A model generated the notes under the pieces. That model searched no databases. It saw nothing but the letters and a program-made list of their open reading frames with translations, and was not told where the DNA came from. A stretch of 63,926 nucleotides of DNA, the filler included, from Thraustochytrium aureum (taxonomy: Eukaryota), in NCBI GenBank assembly GCA_012862495.1. It is 9 parts of 4 records of this genome, joined end to end, with 100 filler letters (N's around TTAATTAATTAA, not from the genome) between each part and the next. Parts side by side here need not be neighbours in the genome. Positions count along the whole stretch, not along the records: positions 19,485 to 37,906 come from BLSG01000001.1; 8 more parts are not named here. The stretch is one strand, 5' to 3'. Position numbers and translations under genes: made by a program. Numbering within the stretch: the stretch's first letter is position 1; each line of letters starts with the position of its first letter. Shown in pieces: positions 23,456 to 36,669 of this stretch.

Positions 23456-24604
23456 ATGTTCGGGCGCCGCGCTCTCGGCGCGTTTCGCGGACGGCGCGCA
23501 TTCGCGACGGACGCTACAAAGGGGATGGCGAACAGCGGATCTGGGCAGAGGGCCCTCGGCGTTTTGGTCTCCGAGAGGTTCGCAGACCGGTTTGCTGAGG
23601 AGCTCGCTGCCGTGAGCGAACGCGTCAAGCGGGCGGGCGGGCCGCAGATTGATATCCTTCGTCTCCCGCTGCAAAAGACGGAGGAGCCGCATTACGGCTC
23701 GTGGGAGGCGTTCAATGACCTGGACTCGGAGACGCTCGAGCGCGTGGACGCGGCGTACATCAGCGAGGACGTTACGATTCATTGGGCCACGTTTCGGAGC
23801 TTTTTCGGGGCAGTGGCCGCGGCCCCGCGGTGCTCGTGGCTCCACACCGGCTGGATCGGGATGGACTACCCTATCTTCGACGCAGTGACCTGCAAGCCGG
23901 GCCTCGTCATTTCCAACTCGGCGGGGACGAACGCGCTGCCAATCGCAACGGCCGTGCTCGGCGCGATCATCTCTTTCAATCGCGGCGTGCTGGCTTGGAA
24001 CGCCGCCAAGCTGGAGCGAAAGTGGGTCAGCCGAGCAGAGATCGGCGAGCGCCGCGACCTGCAGCATGAGAAGGTCGTCTGCTTTGGGTTTGGCGCCATC
24101 GGTCAGCAGATTGGCAAGCTCTGCAAGACGTTTGGGATGCCTGTGGTCGGGGTGCGGCGCAGTCCGATGAGCGACGCAGAGCTCGAAGGCGTCGCTGACC
24201 GCGTCGTGCCGCCAACAGCGCTTGCGGACGAGATTGTCGACGCAAAGTACCTCGTGGTCAGCGCGCCACTTGTGGAGTCGACTAGGAACGCTGTGAGCCG
24301 CGAGATCCTGGACCTCATGGCGCCAAACTCGTTTGTCCTCAACGTGGGGCGGGGCGCGGTGGTAGACGAGTCTGCGCTGGCTGCCAAGCTTGCAGACGGG
24401 TCCCTAGGCGGGGCCTACCTGGACGTTTTCTCGGAGGAGCCGCTGCCGTCGCACTCGCCGTTCTGGGATTTGCCCAACGTGATTCTGAGCCCGCATGACG
24501 CCTTTTCGCGGTCGACAACGCGCGCCGAGCTCAAGCGGTGTTTGAGGCCAACTTGGAGGCCTTTGCGCTCGGCAAGCCACGCCGCAACGTCATTTTTGGA
24601 ACAG
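23456..24604 (+). CDS. D-isomer-specific 2-hydroxyacid dehydrogenase with putative mitochondrial presequence
   Basis: GFGAIG Rossmann motif, LNVGRGAVVDE (Arg), YLDVFSEEPL (Glu) and ILSPH (His). An indel near 24508 restores the tail VFEANLEAF. The N-terminus MFGRRALGAFRGRRAFA is Arg-rich. Confidence 0.9.
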
Positions 24605-25854
24605 NNNNNNNNNNNNNNNNNNNNNNNNNNNNNNNNNNNNNNNNNNNNNNNNNNNNNNNNNNNNNNNNNNNNNNNNNNNNNNNNNNNNNNNNNNNNNNNN
24701 NNNNNNNNNNNNNNNNNNNNNNNNNNNNNNNNNNNNNNNNNNNNNNNNNNNNNNNNNNNNNNNNNNNNNNNNNNNNNNNNNNNNNNNNNNNNNNNNNNNN
24801 NNNNNNNNNNNNNNNNNNNNNNNNNNNNNNNNNNNNNNNNNNNNNNNNNNNNNNNNNNNNNNNNNNNNNNNNNNNNNNNNNNACAGACGAAGCGGCAGCT
24901 CGCGCCGAAGCTCGGGCTGCGGCGCATCCGACCTCTAGCTAGCTCGAGAGTACCCCGACGGTGCGTGGGTGAACTCGGTTCACCACAGCGGCTCTGTCCG
25001 GCGGAATCTGCGGCGCCTCCCGTCGTTACAGAAGGCGGCTCTGTCCGGCGTGTGGGGGTCGCAGAGAAGATCTGTTCTGATCTGATGAACACGCTCGCGA
25101 GCTGCGCGAGCTGCGCGCTCTGGCATAATCCATTTCCTATCTCTTTCGTCCGTAAGGACTCCCGTTGTGTATTTCCCACTTGCAAACCTCCGAGTCCGTT
25201 TGCCCAGCCTCTGCACACTCGAACCACAGGTAAGGAAAGCGCCAGGCCGCGACATCTTTTCGTGCCAGGTGAGATGGGGGAGAACCCGCTGCTCCTGCTC
25301 TTGACCGTCAAGCGCGAAGGTGGCTCCCCACGTAGGTACCACATCGGGGTTCCCTGCTTGCTTCTCCCTCTCTCGCGAGCTGAGCTTGACGCAAGCTATT
25401 CTCCAATTTTCGGTCCGCAATGAACCCGCAAAACTCCCTCCACTGCACGAGGCCGTTGACCGCGCGAGCGAGGCGGCAAGCACGGGCGAGAGCCCGGCCT
25501 TGGGATTGGCGGGGGCTCGGTCACGCTTGATTGCCGGACTACAGTAACCGCACCCCGTGCCGCCCTGGACCGAAACATCAAGCCGGACTCCCTCACCGCG
25601 TGGCATCCACTCGCGACTTCCCTTCACAACCCGAGCACCCTCGCACGAGCGTTGCCAGCCAGCCAGCCGTGCGTGGCGCAGAGAGGCTCGCGACGAATCA
25701 GCCTATTCACCAGCGAATGAGCTGCATGCGGGGCATGCAAGCCGTCACGACCGCGTGTGCTTTGCGCCACACCTACCACCACCATCAACTCCACCGCCAT
25801 CAACTCCACCACGCCCTCCACCAGCACAGCAACATCATCATCATCCATCAACAT

Positions 25855-25893
<39 letters not shown>
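25855..25893 (+). repeat. (CAG)n trinucleotide repeat
   Basis: About 13 uninterrupted CAG units following a CAC/CAT-rich tract. Confidence 0.85.
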
Positions 25894-25895
<2 letters not shown>

Positions 25896-26370
25896 CAGCA
25901 GCAGAGTCGCAGGCCNNNNNNNNNNNNNNNNNNNNNNNNNNNNNNNNNNNNNNNNNNNNNNNNNNNNNNNNNNNNNNNNNNNNNNNNNNNNNNNNNNNNN
26001 NNNNNNNNNNNNNNNNNNNNNNNNNNNNNNNNNNNNNNNNNNNNNNNNNNNNNNNNNNNNNNNNNNNNNNNNNNNNNNNNNNNNNNNNNNNNNNNNNNNN
26101 NNNNNNNNNNNNNNNNNNNNNNNNNNNNNNNNNNNNNNNNNNNNNNNNNNNNNNNNNNNNNNNNNNNNNNNNNNNNNNNNNNNNNNNNNNNNNNNNNNNN
26201 NNNNGGCTGTCAAGGAGCAGGTCGGGTGGGATTCTGGTGACGGGACAAGGCCGCGCCTGTGCGCTCGCGGCGCTGCCCGGGGGGAGGTGGAGTGCTCGCG
26301 GACGGACCGGAGCGCCCGCGGTGGCCGCTCGGCCGCCGCGGGGCGCGCGCTTGATGCGAAGGACGGCAGG

Positions 26371-28858
26371 ATGGAGGACGAGGAGGGCGGGCCGGTGGGC
26401 CGACTGCGGTCGGCTGCAGGCCAGTTCATAGAGGCGCTCTTTGTCGCGCGCCAAGCCTGCACGAGCGACGAGAGAATGGAGACGGAGATGTACGCGGTGA
26501 TGGGCGAGTTTCGCGAGGCGCTGCGCGCCTCTGGGGCGACTGGTCGCGTGTTTTTCGGGCCGAATGTACCGCAGCCTGATTTTGATTCCCAATGCGACAA
26601 GTTTCAGGACGTTGGTAGCAGCAGTGGGGCAGGCCAGTGGGGACCAGCTCCTCTACCGCAGCGCGTTGGACCTGCCGTGCACGGGTACGGGCATGGGCAT
26701 GGGCCGCAAGCACATCCGGTGGTTCAAAATTGGGCTTCCTTTCCGCCCCCAACAAGGTCCCAGGACCGTCGCACATGGCTTGGGTGCGTGCTCCGCCGGT
26801 TCTCGAAGGCAACAACCAGCAGGGCCACCAGGCACCGCATGCACCGGCCAGCTATTTCCACTCTGGGCGCGATAGTGGAGGTTCATTGCAGATCAACACC
26901 ACCTACGCGCGTCCTCCACCGGTTAGAAACACACCGCCACCAGCAATGCAGTTTGGCAGCAGGACTGAGACGGAGGCCTGGCACGCCGATCTACAGAGGC
27001 CGAGCGCGCTCGGGGCGCACCCGGCGCAGCTCGAAGCGCCCTCCGGCAGCACCAATCCCCCGCAGCGCGGCGACGGTTATCCACCCCCTTGGGCCTCTTG
27101 GACCGCTGTCGAGACAAGTCGGTCGCACAAGCGACAGCGTAGTTCACCTCAAAGAGAGCCCCGGCCTGACATAGAGGATCCGCGGCGATGGGGTGATCAT
27201 GGCGACCGGGCACGCGCCCCGCACAACGCTCAGTGGGACCCTGAGGTGCAAGTGCTCCAAGGGCCGCGCAAGAGCCCATGGAGCCCCGAAGCTCGCCACG
27301 ATGCGATGTCTTTGAGCTTGGCCAGCTCGCAACAGCCGTCGACGCTGTGGCAGGACCAACGGGGAGGACACCACGCAACCGGACCACCTAACAGCAGCAA
27401 CTTGACGGCGCCCCCAACCCACACCCTCACCAGCACCCGGCCGCACGAGGAGGGTTTAGCGGCCCTGTGAGCTATTCGGTCTCGCGCGGTGTGTCCGAGC
27501 CACCGCAACCGCCACAGCTGTGTGACCCGGAGTCACTGCAGCAACAGAGCAGGAGGCGGTCTGCGCCCGTTAACGCGCGAGCCGTCGCACTCGACCCTGT
27601 GCACAACCCGGGAGCTTCCGCGGCTGGTCGGCATGCTGCGCGTGCCGAGAGCCGGAATCGGGGGGGCGCAGCCGAAGCGCAAACTCAAGGCAACCCCTCG
27701 GCGTCCAGCACGAGAACCAAGGCAAGCACAGGCCTCGACCCCTCACGGGTGCAAGTCCATCGCCAGGTAACGATGCGAACCAAATTCATGGAGAACGTCA
27801 AGGACCGGCGCGCAGACAAGGAAACCGAAAAGAGGGTCAAGCTTGAGCGTTCCGCGAAGCCCGAGGCGGACTTTCGGTTCAGCCTGCTCGATGTTGCCCT
27901 GGAAGGGGCCACGCTGGAGCCTCGCGAGCGATCGCAAGTACTCAAGAGCATAAACGACGTCGCCACCCAAAACTTTTGCTCTCGGGAGCTTTACGGGCGG
28001 GTCACCGCGCAGGCGTTTGACAACGCCGGAGCTCTTGCCGACGACGTAGAGATCAAGCGGGAGCACTACGCGTTCATCTTCTCGTCGGCCGCGTTTGACG
28101 ACAAGGTCGACGAGGTCCTCCAGAGCAACGACTTTGTGGTCCGCCGCAACCGAGACGACCTCGACGGGGCCAGCGTGCCGTTTCAGCTCTTTGAAAAGGT
28201 CTTCTTGGGACGCCGCGACAAGGACGGGCGCTCAAAGTGGGGCCGCCGCTACCGCTTCTTCGCGATCCAGGGCAAGAACATCGCCAAGTGGAATCGGGGC
28301 CAGCGCAAAACGATGTTTCTCATGCGGGCCGACGACATAGTGCTGCTGGCCACAGAGTACTACAAGATCATGTCCCTCACCGTCAAATTTTCCCTGAAAA
28401 AGTTCGTGGACCAGTTTCAGAACTGGATCCGAGACGTGCGGCTTGGCTCCATCACCGTCGTCGAAGACGCGGCGGATGACGGCGCGCACGTGGTGCGCAG
28501 CCTGTTTGTGCCGGTCCACCAGCCGACCGGCGCGCCCATCCAGCCGCCGCCGCACCGGCCCGCTCTAGCTAGTGAGGCGGGGGGTAGCTCTGCTGAGCCG
28601 GCGTTGACTGTGCTGCTTGCTTCGCGCCACTGTATGGCGCAAGACCTGGATCCGGAGACCACACTGTTTCGCAGCAACAAGCTCGACGGCAAGCTCCCGC
28701 TCATCCCGAGCCGTCTTTTGTACTACACGATCGCGCGCATCGGGGCAGCTGTCTCCGCATCCCGCCAAGCTCCAAGCGACCCAGCGTCTGTGCCGGCGGC
28801 CATTGAGCCGGACAGAGTAGAGCACGACGTCGAAGTGCACCACGAAAGTGGTAGGTAG
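26371..28858 (+). CDS. Large hypothetical protein: helical N-terminus, P/Q-rich linker, unassigned globular C-terminal domain
   Basis: Three consecutive + frames starting MEDEEGG (26371). The 27770-28500 part has strong GC3 coding-like bias. No family recognised. Confidence 0.55.
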
Positions 28859-29951
28859 GGGGTTGCCGCGGACAAGGCTGCACGAGCGACCAAAACGCCC
28901 AAGGCCTGATCAGCAAGCTGCCGACTTGGCCGTGACTTGATTCCATCCTGCACAACTCGTTCTGCAACGCACCAAGCCGACTCAAGCCGGGTGCCCACCA
29001 ACACCATCAACACCAGCACCAGCGTGATATCCCACTTGAGCACGGATGATCCCACTCGAGAGGCGAGTGAGAATGTAATTGTACTCTGCAATGGGCTGCA
29101 CCAAATCGCCGAAGCTGATTGGCCAGNNNNNNNNNNNNNNNNNNNNNNNNNNNNNNNNNNNNNNNNNNNNNNNNNNNNNNNNNNNNNNNNNNNNNNNNNN
29201 NNNNNNNNNNNNNNNNNNNNNNNNNNNNNNNNNNNNNNNNNNNNNNNNNNNNNNNNNNNNNNNNNNNNNNNNNNNNNNNNNNNNNNNNNNNNNNNNNNNN
29301 NNNNNNNNNNNNNACTAGAAATGGTACGTTGTGCTCTGACTCCAGCAACGCACATGTAGAGAACGCGGAACGCAGCCAACGAGAGCAACGGGGCGCGAGC
29401 ACGGAAACAACTCGAGTAAGTACCTACGTCCCGACTACGAAGTAGGCACTCGAGCAAGAGAGAGTCGAGCGCTCCTCAACCTCCTCAACCCACCTCCGCC
29501 ACATCGGCCGCGTCCATCAGCTGAACTGCTCTGAACGCGCCTCCTCAAACGCGTCCGCCGCAAACGCCCCCTTTCACGGCCAGCGAGCTGCGCGCGGCCT
29601 TTAAAAAACAAACAAGCCCGTTCCCCACCTTGACGAACAAAACTAGTTCGCTCGTTGCTCGTGCCACGTCGAACACTCCGCAGCAGCGACAGCAGCAGCA
29701 GACCTCGAAGCGCGCCTCGAGCAGCAGCAGCAGCAGCAGCAGCAAGAGGAGCAGCAGCAGCAGCAGCAGGAGCAGGAGCTGGAGCAGCTCGAGCTGGAGG
29801 CGCCGCGCGCTCGTGCTGCTCGCGAGGCGTGAGGACCGGCTTGCAGCTCTAGAGTGCGTCGAGAGTGGGCAACGGCGCTGACTTTTGTTTGCGGGGTGTG
29901 AGCGTTGGCTGGAAGCAAGGCGCGAGCGCGCAGGGAGCGGCGCGTGCGAGG

Positions 29952-30598
29952 ATGCCGCAAGAGGATGAGTACGACTACTTGTTCAAGGTGGTGCTCATTG
30001 GCGACTCGGGCGTTGGAAAGTCCAACTTGCTGAGCAGGTTTACTCGCAACGAGTTCAGCCTCGAGTCCAAGTCGACCATCGGGGTAGAGTTTGCCACAAA
30101 GTCAATCAAAACCGACGGCAAGGTCATCAAGGCGCAGATCTGGGACACTGCCGGTCAAGAGCGGTACCGCGCCATCACGAGCGCCTACTACCGCGGAGCC
30201 GTTGGCGCCCTCCTGGTTTACGACATCTCAAAGCACCTCACGTTCGACAACGTCGAGCGCTGGCTCAAGGAGCTCCGGGATCATGCGGACGGCAACATTG
30301 TGATCATGCTCGTCGGGAACAAGAGCGACCTCCGGCACCTCCGCGCCGTGTCGACGGAGGAGGCGATGGCCTTTGCCGAGTCGAACGGAATCGCCTTTAT
30401 CGAGACGTCCGCTCTCGACTCGACAGGGGTGGACTCGGCCTTCCAACGCATCCTTACGGAGATCTACCAAAAGATGAGCCGCCGCACTGTGCAGGGCGGC
30501 GACGAGGAGGGCGGTCAGACGGGGGGCGCGTTCCGATCCCACTTCCCATGCCTGGTCAGGACGATGAGGCGGGTCCCAAGTCTGGCGGCTGCTGCTGA
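29952..30598 (+). CDS. RAB11: Rab11 family small GTPase
   Basis: [64 protein letters not shown] and ETSA. A 1-nt indel near 30528 restores the prenylation tail ...PKSGGCC with TGA at 30596-30598. Confidence 0.96.
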
Positions 30599-31250
30599 TT
30601 GCCGCTTCGCGTGCGGCCGTGGCTGGTCGCTGTGTTCACAAATCAACTGAAGGGTTGCGTGCGGGCCCGGCCGTTCTGGGCGTCGGAGTGGCTTGCTTTC
30701 CGCACACCTGCCGCGGCCGCGCGACGGGGTGCGATGCATGTAGTGAGGGAGCGCGCGCCCTGCGCAGGCCGAGTCTGCGAGCCACACGGAGTTGGGTCCC
30801 TTACTCAGGCATGTAGGCGCGAGCTTCTGATCGAGCGATGCGAGCCTCGAACCATAAAGGAAGGTGATTCAATTGGTATACCTTGTTTCCCGCGCTTCTT
30901 GGCGCAGCCCCGAGGCCCTCTGCGGTATCGCGCGCGTTTTCCCAGCGTTGCTGCTCTGTCCAAGCAAATCATAGCACAGCACAACACAACACAGCATAGC
31001 GCGCGCACCCATCTCTTCCAGTTGTAGTTGGAGCTCGTGGGGGAAAACGGAGGCGCGACCTCCAAAGTTGTCCGAAACGGCGCTGCAGGGCCTTGGCCGG
31101 GTCCCACTGGGGCCATCTCGTTGCGCCTCTCTGGCTGCACGATCTCGCTCTAGAGCTAGTTGAGCCAACGCCATGGAGTAGGTCTCGAAGGGAGGCAGGG
31201 CAGAGAGTCATTCGTGTTTGTTTTTCAGTACTCAAAAATGGACAGTTGTT

Positions 31251-33135
31251 TCAAGTCTGGTCGCAGAACAGGAAGGCTTGCAGAAGCGGAACGACGCGCA
31301 TGGTGACCGTCTCGCGCATGAGGTCGCGCACCTGCTTGGCCGTTGATGCTCGCAGAATCGTGGCCTCGCGAAAGCGAAATATCGCAGCGGCGAGCACGGG
31401 AAGGATGACGAGCGAATCGAAGCCAAGGAGGCGATCCCAAAGGAGCAAGAGCTCCTCCACGGCGAGTGCATTGGCAAAAGCGAGGTGGATCCACGGGAAA
31501 GCAATATCAAGAGGGTAGACGCCGAGGCAAACCATGTGGTGCACGGCGCGCGGTGAAGTTGCGAGCACGAGGTCCTCAAATTGGGCGCACAGGTTGGGCA
31601 GCAGCGTCAGAGCGCCGTCGCGCCCATTTCGCAACACGTTGAGCTGACACCAGTACCGGGCAAACATTTCGCGCATGCAGGACGTGATCTCGCTCTCACT
31701 TCGGAACACGTACGCTAGCGGCGCGGTCTGCATTGCGAGCCCGTAAAAGGGAACCGCACAGGCGTGCTCGAGGCGCGACACTACCCGCGAGTGCAAGCGA
31801 AGCCAGTCCATCTGGCCCCGGAAAAGCACCGGAAGGATGTTGCGAAGGAGGTCCTCGAAGACGAAATAGTTGTCGTTGTTGCGAATCAGCTCGAGGTCGA
31901 GCGCGTGCAAGCGGTCGACTACTGTCTCGTCAAAGACCGCGTGACCCGGCCCGTTCGCTAGGCTGTCTGGGCTCTTGCGCGCCACGCCGNNNNNNNNNNN
32001 NNNNNNNNNNNNNNNNNNNNNNNNNNNNNNNNNNNNNNNNNNNNNNNNNNNNNNNNNNNNNNNNNNNNNNNNNNNNNNNNNNNNNNNNNNNNNNNNNNNN
32101 NNNNNNNNNNNNNNNNNNNNNNNNNNNNNNNNNNNNNNNNNNNNNNNNNNNNNNNNNNNNNNNNNNNNNNNNNNNNNNNNNNNNNNNNNNNNNNNNNNNN
32201 NNNGCCAGCGCCGCTGCTGCAGGTGGAGCTCCCGGGGCCGCTGCTGCCAGAGCCCAGGCTACTGGTCTCAAGATCGTCGTTGGCGTCGGCGGCGGCGTCG
32301 CTTTGGGCCGCGCCGCCTTGCCTGGCGGGCCGCGCCGAGACCGATTGAACCTTGATGCGGCTCGAGTCTTGCAGCACAATCCGGTACAGCTGGTGCGAAG
32401 AGCGGGGGTCTGCCCTGGCGCAAGTAGCGCTCCGCGAGCTGCACGCTGCCGATCTTGGCTAGTTTGTGCCCCGAGCGCCTCGTGCTGACGGGCAAAGCTG
32501 CTGGTTGCATCGTCATCGTCCACGCCAACCTGCGGTATGGAGGGGTGCAGCTCGGCAAAGCGGCGGCGCAGCGCCTCAATCGGCTCTGTCGCCAGCCCCA
32601 AAGCGCCTCGCGACCAGCACCGCCTTGATCCTGCACTTCCCGCCGCCCGTGCGGGGCCGTCCGGGACCTGCAGGCTCGCGCCCACCGACCGAAGAGCTTC
32701 AAGCAGATCCTCAGAGTCGTACAAAAACTTCGGTTCGGGCGCTGCCCCGCGCCGCGCCGGCCGCCCTGCGACGCGCTCGTCGCCCGCATGAACGGGAATC
32801 CCCTGCTCCCGCGCCATGACGTCCAGCTCGCTCAAAATGCTCTCCTCCCATGCATCCTGCCTCTCTTCAAAGCAGTCCAGGCCCCGCCTGCAGCTCCCGC
32901 TCACGCAGGCGGCGAGCCTGTCCACGCGCCTGCTCTCATTCCGCAGCGCCACGCCGAGCGCCTGCGCGTCGCGCACGCTGCGCGTCAGCCGAAGCCGCCT
33001 CTTCAGCACGCGCGTCTTCAGCCGCTTGCGGCACACGGCCTCCTTGCGAGCCGCCTCCATCGCAACCTCCCAGCCTCCCCCTGCCCTCCCTCCCTGCCTG
33101 CGTGCTCGCCTGCGTGTCTGCCTGCGTGCCTCCAT
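31251..33135 (-). CDS. TBC1D19: TBC1D19-like TBC-domain protein; spans a gap and indels
   Basis: NYFVFEDLL, VPFYGLAMQTAPL, LCAQFEDL, IAFPWI and LLLLWDRLLGFDSLVILPVLAAAIF. The N-terminal WEESILSELDVM and RFAEL...QVGVDD match recalled TBC1D19 features. The start may be 33060. Confidence 0.8.
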
Positions 33136-33776
33136 CCTCTCGCGCGCGCAATGGACGAGCTCAGCCGCGAGTCGCTCTCGCCTCCTAACCGCCTGCCGCG
33201 CTTACGTCACGCTGCGATGATCCGCGCGCTCGCTGCAAGCCCCCGGGCGCGGTGACGCAAGCGGGCCATGACGCCATCACGACANNNNNNNNNNNNNNNN
33301 NNNNNNNNNNNNNNNNNNNNNNNNNNNNNNNNNNNNNNNNNNNNNNNNNNNNNNNNNNNNNNNNNNNNNNNNNNNNNNNNNNNNNNNNNNNNNNNNNNNN
33401 NNNNNNNNNNNNNNNNNNNNNNNNNNNNNNNNNNNNNNNNNNNNNNNNNNNNNNNNNNNNNNNNNNNNNNNNNNNNNNNNNNNNNNNNNNNNNNNNNNNN
33501 NNNNNNNNNNNNNNNNNNNNNNNNNNNNNNNNNNNNNNNNNNNNNNNNNNNNNNNNNNNNNNNNNNNNNNNNNNNNNNNNNNNNNNNNNNNNNNNNNNNN
33601 NNNNNNNNNNNNNNNNNNNNNNNNNNNNNNNNNNNNNNNNNNNNNNNNNNNNNNNNNNNNNNNNNNNNNNNNNNNNNNNNNNNNNNNNNNNNNNNNNNNN
33701 NNNNNNNNNNNNNNNNNNNNNNNNNNNNNNNNNNNNNNNNNNNNNNNNNNNNNNNNNNNNNNNNNNNNNNNNNNNN

Positions 33777-36088
33777 GGACTTCAACCTGACCGCGGCGCT
33801 CAAGGTGCGCACCATCGACGACGGGGCTGCAGTACGCGCTAGCGACGGGCAACTGGGGCATCCAGGGCGAGGCCACGAAAGCCGGCGTCTCGCAGGTGCT
33901 CAACCGGCTCACGTACGCCTCGTCGCTGTCGCACTTGCGGCGCGTCAACACGCCGCTGCCCAAGGAGGGCAAGGCGGCCAAGCCGCGCCAGCTGCACAAC
34001 ACGCACTGGGGCTACATGTGTCCCGCCGAGGTCCCCGAGGGCCAGGCCTGCGGCCTGGTCAAGAACATCTCGCTCATGTGCTACGTGTCGGTGGGCTCGC
34101 CCCAGTCGAGCATTCTCGAGCTGCTCGAGGAGTGGAGCATGGAAAACCTGGAGGAGATCTCGCCCAACATCATCTCGAGCTCCACCAAGGTGTTTTTGAA
34201 CGGCAACTGGGTGGGCATCTCGCGCGACCCAGACATGCTCGTCGGCACGCTGCTGCAGCTGCGGCGGCGCGTCACAATCGACTCGGAGGTGTCGATCGTG
34301 CGCGACATATACGCGAAAGAGCTGCGCATCCACACCGACCCTGGCCGGTGCTGTCGGCCGCTTTTCATCGTGGACAACGGGGAGCGCACGCGCATCCAAA
34401 AGCACCACATCGACAGGCTGCTGCAGCGCGGCCCTGCTCACGACGAGGGGGCCAGTTCGGGCGACGAGCACTCGGACAGCGGGATGAGCGAGGTGTCGGG
34501 GGGGCTGGGCAAGTACACGTTCAAGAACCTGCTGGAGGAGGGCCTCGTCGAGTACATTGACGTGGAGGAGGAGGAGACGGTGATGGTGGCCATGGACCCC
34601 GGCTCGCTGAGCCGGTCGAGCTCCTACTCGAGGACGTACACGCACCTGGAGATCCACCCGTCCGTGATCCTGGGCATTTGCGCCTCGATTATCCCCTTCC
34701 CCGACCACAACCAGAGCCCGCGCAACACGTACCAGAGCGCGATGGGCAAGCAGGCGATGGGGATCTACGCTTCCAACTTTATGCTGCGCATGGACACGTT
34801 GGCCCACGTGCTCTACTACCCGCAGAAGCCGCTGGTGACCACGCGCGCGATGAAGCACATGCACTTTCGCGAGCTGCCCGCGGGCGTGAACGCCACGGTG
34901 GCCATCTCGACCTACACGGGGTACAACCAGGAGGACTCGCTGGTGATGAACCAGAGCTCGATCGACCGCGGGTTTTTCCGCTCGGTGTACTACCGCTCGT
35001 ACACCGACAAAGAGGAGCACGACCGGCGCACGGGTCAGAGCGAAACGTTTGAGCGGCCCACGCGCGAGACGTGCATGGGGCTGCGCCACGGCAACTATGA
35101 CAAGATCGACGAGGACGGCCTGGTCTGTGTGGGGTTGCGCGTCTCGGGGGACGACATCATCATCGGCAAGACGACCCCGGTGGGCGAGACGGGTGCCTCG
35201 GGGGTCGTGCAGCAGAGCAAGAAGGACAACAGCTACGCGCTCAAGGCAAGCGAGTCGGGCATCATCGACCGCGTGCTGCTGACCACCGACAAGGACGGGT
35301 ACCGGTTCGTCAAGGTCAAATACCGCACGGTCCGCATTCCGCAGATCGGGGACAAGTTTGCCTCGCGGCACGGGCAGAAGGGCACGTGCGGGATGACGTA
35401 CAACGCGGAGGACATGCCGTTCACGCAGGAGGGCATCAACCCCGACATTGTGGTCAACCCGCATGCGATCCCGTCGCGGATGACCATCGGGCACTTGATT
35501 GAGTGCCTTCTTTCCAAGGTGGCCTCGCTCACCGGAGACGAGGGCGACTCGACGCCGTTCATCGAGGGCGTCGACGTGGCGGTCATCTCGGAGACGCTGC
35601 ACAAGCTGGGGTACCAGATGCGCGGGAACGAGGTGATGTACAACGGGCACACAGGGCGGCGCATGCGTGCGCAGATCTTTCTGGGGCCCACTTTCTACCA
35701 GCGCCTTAAGCACATGGTGGACGACAAGGTGCACTCGCGGTCTCGCGGGCCCGTGGCCATGCTGACTCGCCAGCCCATGGAGGGTCGCTCGCGCGAGGGC
35801 GGGCTGCGATTCGGGGAGATGGAGCGCGACTGCATGATTTCGCACGGCGCCGCCAACTTTCTGCGGGACCGCATGTTTGTCAACTCGGACCCGTACCACC
35901 TGCACATTTGCACTATTTGCGGTTTGCCGTGCGAGGCCAACTTGGACCGGCAGACGTTTCTCTGCCACAATCCGTCTTGCGACGGCAACTCGACCAAGTT
36001 TGCGCGGATCCAGATCCCGTACGCGGCCAAGCTCTTGTTTCAGGAGCTCATGTCGATGTCGATTGTGCCCAAGCTCGGCTTTGAGTGA
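33777..36088 (+). CDS. RPB2: DNA-directed RNA polymerase II second-largest subunit; 5' part in gap
   Basis: [86 protein letters not shown] and [12 protein letters not shown]. One indel near 33828. Confidence 0.98.
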
Positions 36089-36669
36089 GTGAGCGATGGA
36101 ACGGGTGAGCGAGGGAACGGGTGGGCGAGGGAACGAGCGAGTCATCAGTGAGTGAGTGAGCGAGCGAGCGAGTGAGCGAGCGAGCGCGCAGCCAGGCCTT
36201 GTGGTGGAGGGGGTTTTGGGGGCCGGGTTAAGTCAAGCGTGAGAAGAGAAGAAAAAGTGAGCCTGGGGCATTTGGAGCCGGCTCGATGGCGCGCGACTGA
36301 ACTGGACTGGACTTGTCGTTGCGTATGCCGCGAGCAAGCTCTTCATGACGAGGAAACGCCTCCGGCACACGGAAACCAGGAGGCGCGCGCCGGTAAGGAG
36401 CAGGGCGCCGTCGTGAGTTGCCGCTTCGTGGTACTCTGCTTATGCGTGCGCGCGTCCGTGCGTGCGTAAGAACGTTGGCTCGTAGGAGGCAGGTAACAAA
36501 CAAGGAGCAAAGCGCTTGCAATTCAACGTTCTCGTTTGCTTGTATGGTACTCAACGCGACGCTAGCTCCAGAGTAGCTCGAGCTATGCAGCGCTGCTGTG
36601 GCCCGTGAAGAGCGCCAATCGGGCGGCGGAGGCAGCGGCCGCCGGGTCCAGGCGGCCAGGTCGTTTCAG

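Noticed and set aside
24883..25915. ORFs on both strands next to a His/Gln-codon repeat tract
   Set aside because: Strand and frame cannot be determined, no family is recognisable, and the region is bounded by gaps.
29952..33135. Rab11 next to a TBC-domain gene as a GTPase-GAP module
   Set aside because: The TBC protein is TBC1D19-like, which I do not know to act on Rab11. Adjacency in a gene-dense genome is likely chance.
33285..33776. RPB2 apparently lacking about 400 N-terminal residues (split or truncated polymerase)
   Set aside because: The missing part falls in an N gap whose length is only an estimate.
33839..36145. 768-aa antisense ORF opposite RPB2 (and similar long antisense ORFs opposite PFAS, the TUTase and the guanylate kinase)
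   Set aside because: These are expected shadows of high-GC3 coding sequence and have no recognisable motifs.
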